From positions 173,999-237,998 of the forward strand of contig NIVC01001780.1 in NCBI GenBank assembly GCA_002269645.1: 64,000 nucleotides of DNA, in the 5' to 3' direction. Under the pieces are notes generated by a model. It was not told the origin of the DNA and ran no database searches. It saw nothing but the letters and a program-made list of their open reading frames with translations. Source of the DNA: Macrostomum lignano (taxonomy: Eukaryota). The position numbers and the translations under genes were made by a program. Position 1 is the first letter of the stretch. Every line of letters starts with the position of its first letter. Below are positions 38,385-48,690 of this stretch, one piece after another.

Positions 38385-40310
38385 AGAGGAGAGAGAGATG
38401 GAGAGGGAGAGAGAGATGGAGAGGGAGAGAGAGAGATGGAGAGGGAGAGAGAGATATAGAGGGAGAGAGAGAGAGATGGAGAGGGAGAGAGAGAGAGATG
38501 GAGAGGGAGAGAGAGATGGAGAGGGAGAGAAAGAGATGGAGAGGGAGAGAGAGAGATGGAGAGGGAGAGAGAGAGAGAGAGATGGAGAGGAGAGAGAGAG
38601 AGAGATGGAGAGGGAGAGAGAGAGAGATGGAGAGGGAGAGAGAGAGAGATGGAGAGGGAGAGAGAGAGGGAGAGGGAGAGAGAGATGGAGAGGGAGAGAG
38701 AGAGAGATGGAGAGGGAGAGAGAGAGAGATGGAGAGGGAGAGAGAGAGAGATGGAGAGGGAGAGAGAGAGATGGAGAGGGAGAGAGAGAGATGGAGAGGG
38801 AGAGAGAGAGAGAGATGGAGAGGGAGAGAGAGAGATGGAGAGGGAGAGAGAGATGGAGAGGGAGAGAGAGAGAGATGGAGAGGGAGAGAGAGAGAGATGG
38901 AGAGGGAGAGAGAGAGAGATGGAGAGGGAGAGAGAGAGAGAGATGGAGAGGGAGAGAGAGATGGAGAGGGAGAGAGAGAGAGAGATGGAGAGGGAGAGAG
39001 AGAGAGATGGAGAGGGAGAGAGAGAGAGAGATGGAGAGGGAGAGAGAGAGATGAAGAGGGAGAGAGAGAGAGATGGAGAGGGAGAGAGAGAGATGGAGAG
39101 GGAGAGAGAGAGAGATGAAGAGGGAGAGAGAGAGATGGAGAGGGAGAGGGAGAGAGATGGAGAGGGAGAGAGAGATGGAGAGAGAGAGAGAGAGATGGAG
39201 AGGGAGAGAGAGAGATGGAGAGAGAGAGAGAGAGATGGAGAGAGAGAGAGAGAGATGGAGAGGGAGAGAGAGATGGAGAGGGAGAGAGAGAGATGGAGAG
39301 GGAGAGAGAGATATAGAGGGAGAGAGAGAGAGATGGAGAGGGAGAGAGAGAGAGATGGAGAGGGAGAGAGAGATGGAGAGGGAGAGAAAGAGATGGAGAG
39401 GGAGAGAGAGAGATGGAGAGGGAGAGAGAGAGAGAGAGATGGAGAGGGAGAGAGAGAGAGAGATGGAGAGGGAGAGAGAGAGAGATGGAGAGGGAGAGAG
39501 AGAGAGATGGAGAGGGAGAGAGAGAGGGAGAGGGAGAGAGAGATGGAGAGGGAGAGAGAGAGAGATGGAGAGGGAGAGAGAGAGAGATGGAGAGGGAGAG
39601 AGAGAGAGATGGAGAGGGAGAGAGAGAGATGGAGAGGGAGAGAGAGAGATGGAGAGGGAGAGAGAGAGAGAGATGGAGAGGGAGAGAGAGAGATGGAGAG
39701 GGAGAGAGAGATGGAGAGGGAGAGAGAGAGAGATGGAGAGGGAGAGAGAGAGAGATGGAGAGGGAGAGAGAGAGAGATGGAGAGGGAGAGAGAGAGAGAG
39801 ATGGAGAGGGAGAGAGAGATGGAGAGGAGAGAGAGAGAGAGATGGAGAGGGAGAGAGAGAGAGATGGAGAGGGAGAGAGAGAGAGAGATGGAGAGGGAGA
39901 GAGAGAGATGAAGAGGGAGAGAGAGAGAGATGGAGAGGGAGAGAGAGAGATGGAGAGGGAGAGAGAGAGAGATGAAGAGGGAGAGAGAGAGATGGAGAGG
40001 GAGAGGGAGAGAGATGGAGAGGGAGAGAGAGATGGAGAGAGAGAGAGAGAGATGGAGAGGGAGAGAGAGAGATGGAGAGAGAGAGAGAGAGATGGAGAGA
40101 GAGAGAGAGAGATGGAGAGGGAGAGAGAGAGATGGAGAGGGAGAGGGAGAGAGAGAAAGATGGAGAGGGAGAGAGAGAAAGATGGAGAGGGAGAGAGAGA
40201 GAGATGGAGAGGGAGAGAGAGAGAGATGGAGAGGGAGAGAGAGAGATGGAGAGGGAGAGAGAGAGAGATGGAGAGGGAGAGAGAGAGAGATGGAGAGGGA
40301 GAGAGAGAGA
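38385..40310. repeat. ~1.9 kb polypurine (GGAGAGGGAGAGAGAGAT-type) repeat
   Basis: Directly visible; source of the MERER/SLSL ORFs. Confidence 0.97.
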
Positions 40311-40710
40311 GTTTCAAAACTGGTTTTGCGCGAGACCTCCAGAAGACGCAATATTGGTCCCGACTGCGGTCTTTTCTTTCCCAGCCGCCTGCCTGCTTTG
40401 ATTCTAACGGCCTTTATAGACAGCTTTGCATGGGGTATTAGTGAATGCAAGCGGGTGTTGAGATACGTAATGCGTTCTGACCTCTATAAAGTACTCTAGA
40501 AAGACAGAGATGGAGAAAGAGTCTGGGGAGAGCCTATAAATTGTCTGCTATGGTGGACACAGGCACAAAAACAAATAATATGGACTTGTAAAGGTGATGC
40601 CCTACAATACAATACAATACAACCATACAATATGGTTGAACCCACACTGTATGCCCTCCGATATGAAATACTCAGCCCTTGTATAAGACATTTAGAACCT
40701 TCGCGATCCA

Positions 40711-41300
40711 CAGGGGCGTCGTCATGGATTTTATGGTGGGGGGGACAAAGCCAAGAATTTTAAAAGTGCATGTACATGAAAAATAAGTTCCTACTTGTAC
40801 ATTACATGTATTTTTTAATCAGTGTCGCCAGCACTCATTTTAGCGCCGCAGGCACTCATTTTAGCGCAGCAGACACTCATTTTAGCGCCGCAGGCACTTA
40901 TTTTAGCGCCGCAGACACTCATTTTAGCGCCGCAGACACTTATTTTAGCGCCGCAGACACTTATTTTAGCGCCGCAGACACTCATTTTAGCGCAGCAGAC
41001 ACTCATTATAGCGCCGCAGGCACTCATTTTAGTAGAGCCGCAGGCAGTCATTTTAGCGCCGCAGGCAGTCATTTTAGCGCAGCAGGCAGTCATTTTAGCG
41101 CCGCAGGCACTCATTATAGCGCAGCAGACACTCATTTTAGCGCAGCAGACACTCGTTTTGGTGCTACAGGCGCTATATTTTATTTTGTCGCCCAGAAGCA
41201 AAATAATTTATTTTCATAACAGGTCAACAAAGGTGGGGTGTGGGGGAGACAAACCGCTGGCCCCCTTGTCCCCCTGTCCCTCCTGGTGGCGAAGCCCCTG
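40711..41300 (+). mobile_element. MITE family 'CAGGGGCG' with ~16 units of the 21-bp internal minisatellite
   Basis: TIRs CAGGGGCGTCGTCA / TGGCGAAGCCCCTG. Flanks GCGATCCA / GCCATCGA are 6/8 identical, a possible decayed 8-bp TSD (hAT-like). Confidence 0.82.
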
Positions 41301-41342
41301 GCCATCGATCCATTCTCAGACCTTTCTTGATGAAGAAGGAGC

Positions 41343-41849
41343 TCAAGAATCCGCATTCACCCGGTCACTCTGCCCATCAGTCGTCTGCATCTTAGCGCTC
41401 AAGCAGATCCTCTCCGATAGCATCTCGTGCAGCCAGTCGGGCACGCAAGCAACGATCGCATGCAGTTGACGCTTCAACGCTTCCCGTCGAAAGTTGTCGT
41501 CCGGACCGGGAGTCAACTGCAGCAGGTCGGCGGTGGCCTGTTGTACTGCCGCCAGCACTTCAGGCTCGTTCGACAGAGTGTTGCAGACGAATTCCACCAT
41601 TGAACGGGCGTGCAGGCGCTCCCAGCGTTGGAGAAATCTTGCGATGAGTTGGCGAAGTTTACTGTCGATCAGCTGATTGTTGGAACTCACTGCCGTGTTG
41701 CTATGACGACGACGAGTTACGCGTGAAAATTGCTGGCTGTCCGGTGTGGGCACAGCGCCGTGCATGTCGAATATGAGAGGGCAAGATCTATTTATAAATA
41801 AAACCAAAGCTTGAAGTTGTCTGTTGATAGCTCGTATCGAACGCTTCAA
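41343..41849 (-). CDS. Candidate coding exon of an unidentified helical protein
   Basis: Non-repetitive, GC-rich open frame of ~168 codons with a possible donor CGG|GTGAAT. No recognised domain. Confidence 0.4.
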   Translation of the reverse strand: MKRSIRAINRQLQALVLFINRSCPLIFDMHGAVPTPDSQQFSRVTRRRHSNTAVSSNNQLIDSKLRQLIARFLQRWERLHARSMVEFVCNTLSNEPEVLAAVQQATADLLQLTPGPDDNFRREALKRQLHAIVACVPDWLHEMLSERICLSAKMQTTDGQSDRVNADS

Positions 41850-42174
41850 ATCCCTACGTTGGTGAATGGTGTGTTTCCGGGATGTATTTTTACCATAGAC
41901 ATAAATCTCAGGGTTTAGATTTAGGTTAGGGTCAGGTGACGCATTGTTAAAAACAATTCAGTTTGTTCCAATCACAACTAAGGAAGTCACTATGTAGCGT
42001 ACTTAAAATCAATTGTTAACAACGACGGAGCAGTTATTGAAGTTAAAATTCTCGGAGATTCTGTATGGCTCATCTCCTAGCATTAGGCGATTCTTTGTAT
42101 GTAATCAAATATGCGCAGTATCGTGCACAGATATTAAAACACTAGATATTTCACTCCGCATTGAGTTAAGACCT

Positions 42175-42585
42175 ATTTGTTTATTCGATTGCCTATTTTT
42201 TTATTTGATTGCCCTTTTTGTTTATTCGATTGCCCTTTTTGTTTATCTGATTGCCCTTTTTGTTTATTCGATTGCCCTTTTTGCTTATTCGATTGCCCTT
42301 TTTGTTTATTCGATTGCCCTTTTTGTTTGTTCGATTGCCCTTTTTGTTTGTTCGATTGCCCTTTTTGTTTGTTCGATTGCCCTTTTTGTTTGTTCGATTG
42401 CCTATTTTTTATTTGATTGCCCTTTTTGTTTATCTGATTGCCCTTTTTGTTTATTCGATTGCCCTTTTTGTTTATCTGATTGCCCTTTTTGTTTATTCGA
42501 TTGCCCTTTTTGTTTATTCGATTGCCCTTTTTGTTTATTCGATTGCCCTTTTTGTTTATTCGACTGCCCTTTTTGTTTATCCAAA
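42175..42585. repeat. 21-bp minisatellite (TTGTTTATTCGATTGCCCTTT)n
   Basis: About 19 units. Confidence 0.95.
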
Positions 42586-43129
42586 TGCTCTTATTGTGAT
42601 AAATATTCATTGAAATTATTATTGTTTAAGATTGCATAAACATTGCAATAAATTTTACAATTTTAATACTTCAAATACAATTTTAATATTAGAATAATAA
42701 TATTAATATAATAATGCTCTAATACTTTTAATACAATTTTAATATAGTATATCATTTTTAGTAGGTAACAGGTGGTTTATCGGTAGTCTCTAAAGGCCTC
42801 TCACGCCAACTACCTTACACGCCTGCTACCCCTCTGCCACGACAGACAGAAGCTTCGAAGAACTGAGACAAGTCATTTTCTTAGTTTGAGCTCAAACTCT
42901 ACTAAAACTCGGCAGTGGAGAGCCTCGGCTCTTTCAATTGCATTGTATTTATAACGCTCGGCATTGTGCTCGGGGGCAGCGTTGGGGTGGTGGCGTGATA
43001 TTTTTCCGCCCCACCCATCTTATTTTCTTTTTTGCAGTTAGCTAGTTAGATAAATTAACACAGAGAGGGCATGCATGGTCTAACAGGCCAATGGGTGGGT
43101 CTAACATTAAATATCTATGATTAATTTGT

Positions 43130-43390
43130 AATATCTAGATACTGGTGTCACCTGTTAGATACTGATGTCACCTGTTAGATACTGGTGTCACCTGTTAGAT
43201 ACTGGTGTCACCTGTTAGATACTGATGTCACCTGTTAGATACTGATGTCACCTGTTAGATACCCATGTCACCTGTTAGATACCCATGTCACCTGTTAGAT
43301 ACTGGTGTCACCTGTTAAATACTGATGTCACCTGTTAGATACCCATGTCACCTGTTAGATACCCATGTCACCTGTTAGATACTGATGTAA
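43130..43390. repeat. 20-bp minisatellite (ACTGGTGTCACCTGTTAGAT)n
   Basis: About 13 units. Confidence 0.95.
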
Positions 43391-43990
43391 AGTGTCGCTG
43401 GCAAACCCAAGCAACATTCTCCATCTGTTTCGAGCTCAGCAACACAAAATCCTCAGTCATAAGCATTTTTCTGCAAAATATTTGCCATACAATTGCAAAC
43501 TAAATTGAAAATCGTCAGAGAGCTCCGCTTGGTTTCCAGGCCTCAGCCCTGCCCTCCCTCCCCTCTCCATCTCTCCCCTCGTTTCTCAGCTGCCCCACCC
43601 CTGCCCACTGACAATGCACTTGCTATGCCCAGCACGCAGCCACAGTCAGCTCTCATTGTTTAACTCAGCAGAGCTCGCAGCATCTCACTGCTCCTGCATC
43701 TCTCACCCCGCTGAGCAGAGCAGCTGCCGGGCCCCCTGGCACCCAATCAGGCCTCAAACACAGCCGCTGGGTCAGAGAAGAGAATCGGCCTCAGTCCATT
43801 TAAACAAATTTCTCTGCACAGGGAGAGCTCAGAGATTTCAGTCCGTGACAGCGGCACTTTTGCTGCTGCTGCTGAGCTGGCAGGCAAATTCGCTTGAAGA
43901 AGAGCAAAGCACTCAGTTTGAAGCCGTGTGGAACAGCTGCGGCAGACAGCAGATCGGCAGAGAAGCGCTGCTAGGAGAAGCAGTGTAGCC

Positions 43991-45561
43991 ATGGCAACGC
44001 AGATAAAGCGGAAGCTGAGAGCGGCGCTGGAGGCTGGAGACAGCGAGGAGCTGCAGCGACTGTGCGGTGAGGTCAGCAGCAACATCGAGCTGGAGGTGGG
44101 CGGCTTCGACAAGCAAGAATATCCATCTAAAGAGCTTTTCATGCCGCTGGCCCATCACGTGGCCTGCAAGCCGGTGAGCTCGTCGTGCCTGGAGCTGCTG
44201 ATTGACAGATTCGGACGCGACTGTCTGACACATGGAAATGGTAGGCTTATTCGTGAGACTCCAGTGCACTTGGCTGCCCAGCATCAGGACGAATCTTGGA
44301 TGGAGCTGGTTAAAGAGAAGGGAGGCAGAGGCTGCTTGAGAATTGCCAATGAACATGGAAAGACAGTCGCTCACTTTGCCGCTATGAACAGAAAAAGCAA
44401 CTCTTGTCTGAAGTGGCTGGTGAAGGAGCTCGGCAGCGTCTGTCTCACAGTTCCTGACGAAGACGGTATCACGGCAGTCCATTTGGCCGCTGAGCATCAG
44501 GGCATCGAGTCGCTGGAGTGGATCAAGAGACAGATCGGAACTCGCTGCTTTCGGCTGAAGGGAGGATTGAGGTATAGAACAGCATTTCACTTCGCTGCTC
44601 AGAAGTCTGACAATTCAAATCTGAAGTGGCTGGTGAAGGAGCTCGGCAGCGACTGTCTCACAGTTCCTGACGAAGACGGTGACACGGCCGTCCATTTGGC
44701 CGCTGAGCATCAGGGCATCGAGTCGCTGGAGTGGATCAAGAGACAGATCGGAACTGGCTGTTTTCGGCTGAAAGGAGGGTTCTGGAAGAGAAAAGCATTT
44801 CACTTTGCTGCTCAGAAGTCTGACAATTCAAATCTGAAGTGGCTGGTGAAGGAGCTCGGCAGCGACTGTCTCACAGTTCCTGACGAACACGGTGAAACGG
44901 CCGTCCATTTGGCCGCTCAGTATCAGGGCATCGAGTCGCTGGAGTGGATCAAGAGACAGATCGGAACTGACTGCTTTCGGCTGAAAGGACCCTTGGATAG
45001 AACGGCATTTCACTTTGCTGCTCAGAAGTCTGACAATTCAAATCTGAAGTGGCTGGTGAAGGAGCTCGGCAGCGACTGTCTCACAGTTCCTGACAAAGTC
45101 GGTGACACGGCCGTCCATTTGGCCGCTGAGCATCAGGGCATCGAGTCGCTGGAGTGGATCAAGGGACAGATCGGAACTGACTGCTTTCGGCTGAAGAAAT
45201 GTTCAGGTAGAACAGCATTTCACTTTGCTGCTCAGAAGTCTGACAATTCAAATCTGAAGTGGCTGGTGAAGGAGCTCGGCAGCGACTGTCTCACAGTTCC
45301 TGACAAATACGGTGACACGGCCGTCCATTTGGCCGCTCAGCATCAGCCAGTCGACTGTCTTCAGTTCATTTTTGACCAAATCGGAGCCGAAATGTTCAGC
45401 TTGAAGAACAACAGGGGCGAAACACCGGCTGATGTTGTTGCGAGTCGGCGGTGCCTCACAGACAAGTCAGCAAAGCGGGCCTGGATTTCCTCCACGCAGC
45501 GGCAGCTCGAAGCCTCTCGGCCTCCCGCTGGCAGCTCAGCGCCGACTGCCGCCTCAGCTGG
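43991..45561 (+). CDS. Ankyrin-repeat/protein-kinase gene, exon 1 (about 12 ankyrin repeats)
   Basis: GCCATGG start at 43991; repeated GxTAVHLAA / RTAFHFAA motifs; donor GG|GTGAGT, phase 2. Confidence 0.92.
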
Positions 45562-45704
45562 GTGAGTCCTGACTGAGAACTGCTGCCTGACACTGAAAAT
45601 ACTGAAAATATTGTTTGGCGAAATTTCATTGCGCTTTGATGATCGGCGCTCTGAAATTCTCAGCAGCGCCGCAGTCAAGCGAGGGCGTCATGAATGTCAG
45701 TGCA

Positions 45705-46135
45705 GCTCCTCATGGCGCCCCCAACCTCCCCATGGTGCCTCCAACCTCCCCATGGCGCCTCCAACCTCCCCATGGCGCCTCCAATCTCCTCATGGCGCCC
45801 CAACCTCTCCATGGCGCCTCCAACCTCCCCATGGCGCCCCAAACTCCCCATGGCGCCTCCAATCTCCTCATGGCGCCCCCAACCTCCCCATGGCGCCCCA
45901 AACTCCCCATGGCGCCTCCAATCTCCTCATGGCGCCTCCAATCTCCCCATGGCCTTCCAATCTCCCCATGGTGCCTCCAATCTCCTCATGGCGCCTCCAA
46001 CCTCCCCATGGCGCCTCCAATCTCTTCATGGCGCCCCAAACTCCCCATGGCGCCTCCAATCTCCTCATGGCGCCTCCAATCTCCCCATGGCCTTCCAATC
46101 TCCCCATGGCGCCTCCAATCTCCTCATGGTGCCCC
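45705..46135. repeat. ~21-bp intronic minisatellite (CCTCCAATCTCCCCATGGCGC variants)
   Basis: Visible tandem units. Confidence 0.92.
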
Positions 46136-46222
46136 AACCGCCTTGGCGCCTTGGTGCCGCCAAGTGCCGCCTTGGCAACCCAGACATGTTTAACGGGCTC
46201 ACTCGTAAAACTCTTCCTACAG

Positions 46223-46294
46223 CGCTGCAGCTCCGCGTCCCCGCCCACGAGCTCGACAGACCCTCCGGCCGTTTGGACTGCCTGAGGAGACTCG
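46223..46294 (+). CDS. Ankyrin-kinase gene, probable 72-nt exon 2 (AAAPRPRPRARQTLRPFGLPEETR)
   Basis: CTCTTCCTACAG| acceptor and |GTGAGA donor. Symmetric phase 2-2 and open in the joining frame. Confidence 0.65.
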
Positions 46295-46403
46295 GTGAGA
46301 AATGATGAGGCGACAGTTGGTGAATTCGTCAAAACCTGCAGTCTGAGCGCAGGCACCCAGCCAAAAGGAACCTGGCACTTCATGGCCCCCGAGGATGCTC
46401 ATG

Positions 46404-46838
46404 GCAGAAGGGTGGTGACGCAGAAGGGTGGTGACGCAGAAGGGTGGTGACGCAGAAGGGTGGTGACGCAGAAGGGTGGTGACGCAGAAGGGTGGTGACG
46501 CAGAAGGGTGGTGACGCAGAAGGGTGGTGACGCAGAAGGGTGGTGACGCAGAAGGGTGGTGACGCAGAAGGGTGGTGACGCAGAAGGATGGTGACGCAGA
46601 AGGGTGGTGACGCAGAAGGGTGGTGACGCAAAAGGGTGGTGACGCAGAAGGGTGGTGACGCAGAAGGGTGGTGACGCAGAAGGGTGGTGACGCAGAAGGG
46701 TGGTGACGCAGAAGGGTGGTGACGCAGAAGGGTGGTGACGTAGAAGGGTGGTGACGCAGAAGGGTGGTGACGCAGAAGGGTGGTGACGCAGAAGGGTGGT
46801 GACGCAGAAGGGTGGTGACGCAGAAGGGTGGTGACGCA
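46404..46838. repeat. 16-bp intronic minisatellite (CAGAAGGGTGGTGACG)n
   Basis: About 27 near-perfect units. Confidence 0.97.
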
Positions 46839-46916
46839 GTAGGCTGAGTGACTCCAAAGTACTCAGAAAGCCCCAAGCAACACAAAATTCATCAATTCCT
46901 TCATTTTATGCTTCAG

Positions 46917-47022
46917 CGCCAAGAAGCAGCTGGACCCCAGCTTCACCAACTGGGACTTCATCCTGCAGGACGACAAGAAGCAGCTCATCGGTCGTGGCGG
47001 ATTCGGTGAGGTGTACAAGGCA
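46917..47022 (+). CDS. Ankyrin-kinase gene, exon with the kinase Gly-rich loop; truncated by the retrotransposon
   Basis: GCTTCAG| acceptor in phase; AKKQLDPSFTNWDFILQDDKKQLIGRGGFGEVYKA (GxGxFG.VY). I found no later kinase subdomains downstream. Confidence 0.85.
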
Positions 47023-47141
47023 AGCGGTCCCCCTCCTGGTGTCGGGCCAGCCTTGAGGGTTCTATTGGCCTACTGCCCGGTCAGGTGGAGCGGCCAGGTG
47101 GGTACCGCGCCCCTTTGAGGGTAGCCCACCAACCTTTTATC

Positions 47142-48667
47142 ATGGCCTTCGAGCCGATTATGGATAACAAAGCTTTTTCTAGGGACGGGGACCCTTCTAA
47201 ACCCCAACCTCAGTCCGAAGGACCGGCCGGCCCTGCTGGCAGATCCCAACCGACTGATTCAACTGTGGCAAAGGAAGGACCGGCTGGCTCTGCTGGCAGA
47301 TCCGACCAGAGCTACCAAACTCATAATACCCAAAGACCTGCCAGCTCCGCTGGTGGATCTAAGGGAACCGCGAGCTCTGAGCCTAAAGGACCGGCCAAAT
47401 CTGGCAGATCCGATGAAGCTCAGCGGGCTCGGCTTGAGCGCAAACGCGCTAAACAACGCGCCAAAAGGCAGGCCAAGAAGGGAGCTGCGGGGGCCAAAGC
47501 GGCGGCGTCCACCATGGATGCTGAAGCGACTGGCGTCCCAAGGCAACCAGACGGGCCGGCCGGTGGAAGCTCCGGTAGTTCAGCGGCGGCGCTCCCTGGA
47601 GATGCTGCTGCGGCTGCTGAGGCCGAAACCACGGCGCAACAAATGGCCACTGCCAACAAGGAGGTTCCTTCGGGAGCTACCTTTGCGGCGAAGGCCAAGG
47701 CCAAAATCCCGGGAGTGATCATCCAAGGTCGCGACCAGGACTGGACCACTGATCAGCTTCAAAAAGTGTGTAGTGCTGTTGACTCCTATCTGATTGGGCT
47801 GACTGTCGAGGAGGGAATCTCCATCGGCATTGAGCGGATGGTGCTGCGAAGCACATTCGTTCTTATTGCTCCTAGCAGCGAGGAGGACGCTCGGCAGCTG
47901 CTCCAGCGGCTACCAACGGTCTCCTTGGATGCTGACCTTGGCGAAGCTCTTTTTCTTCGCGAGGGCCAGCGTCCAAAGACGATACCCTATGTGGTTTTCG
48001 TCCCTGCTAAGAGCACCGCAGCTGGACCAGACGTTATTCGCCGGGTCCTACTGCGTCTGAACCCCGACCTCCCTGCTAGTGGACTGGTGTATCATCGTAA
48101 AGTCCGCAGGGGGAGACGGGCAACTCAATTGTCCTCGGCCTTTCCAGCACTTGGGCGAGTCGGTACCCTAATGGATCCTCTTTCCAGCTGGGTGCCCTCA
48201 AGCTCAAGATGCGCCGAGGAAAGTCTGCCAAAGGGAAGGCTACTGCCAACCCCGGCATCTCCGGCAAGAGCGGGGCGCAGTCTAAGGCCCAAGGAAAGGC
48301 GCAAGCCGATCCCAAAGCCAAAGTTGCATCTCGCCCCTCTGCTAGCAGCAGTTCGGCGACCGCGGTAACGGCTCCGGCCAAGCCCCGGGAACCAAACCTG
48401 CCAGTCGGAGAAGGAGTTGAGGACGAGGCCGGGTCTTCGGAATCCGAGCTCTCCTTGGCCATCCTGGTGGGGTCTGAAGGTAAAGATGCAGGTGAGGAAG
48501 CTTCCTCCATCCTGTCATCGGAGCCTGAGGACTCTGCTGGGGGGGGGGGGGCGGTGGGGGTGAGGAGGCCATGGACGTCGACCAACTTCCATCTCCCAGC
48601 CAAGCCCCAGCGGCCTGGGACGAGGACGATCTGTTGTCCAAGTCTCCTTGCTGGCCCTGGGCTCTAG
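47142..48667 (+). pseudogene. Retrotransposon ORF1, split by a frameshift near 48.1-48.2 kb
   Basis: ATG at 47142; basic/low-complexity N-terminus; PKTIPYVVFVP...LLRLNPDLP; C-terminus continues in ORF 48209-48667. Confidence 0.75.
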
Positions 48668-48690
48668 CCAGAAATTGCATTTAATACAGT

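Noticed and set aside
38330-40450. Very long ORFs (706/653 aa; also 55312-57385, 57469-58587, 62082-62913, 37238-38115, 34319-34937, 10106-10879)
   Set aside because: They are translations of stop-free tandem repeats, open in several frames on both strands, with no evidence of coding.
41905-41940. TTAGG/TTAGGG-like stretch
   Set aside because: Only 2-3 imperfect units; not an interstitial telomere array.
43985-43998. X-box-like GTAGCCATGGCAAC at the ankyrin ATG and GTTGCCATGGCAAC inside the USP CDS (~54894)
   Set aside because: Both overlap coding sequence (Met-Ala-Thr codons) and are explained by codon content.
47024-47200. HDV-like ribozyme at the LINE 5' end
   Set aside because: GGTCCCC could pair with GGGGACC at ~47186, but I could not find the P3/L3, P1.1 GG or J4/2 elements in the right order.
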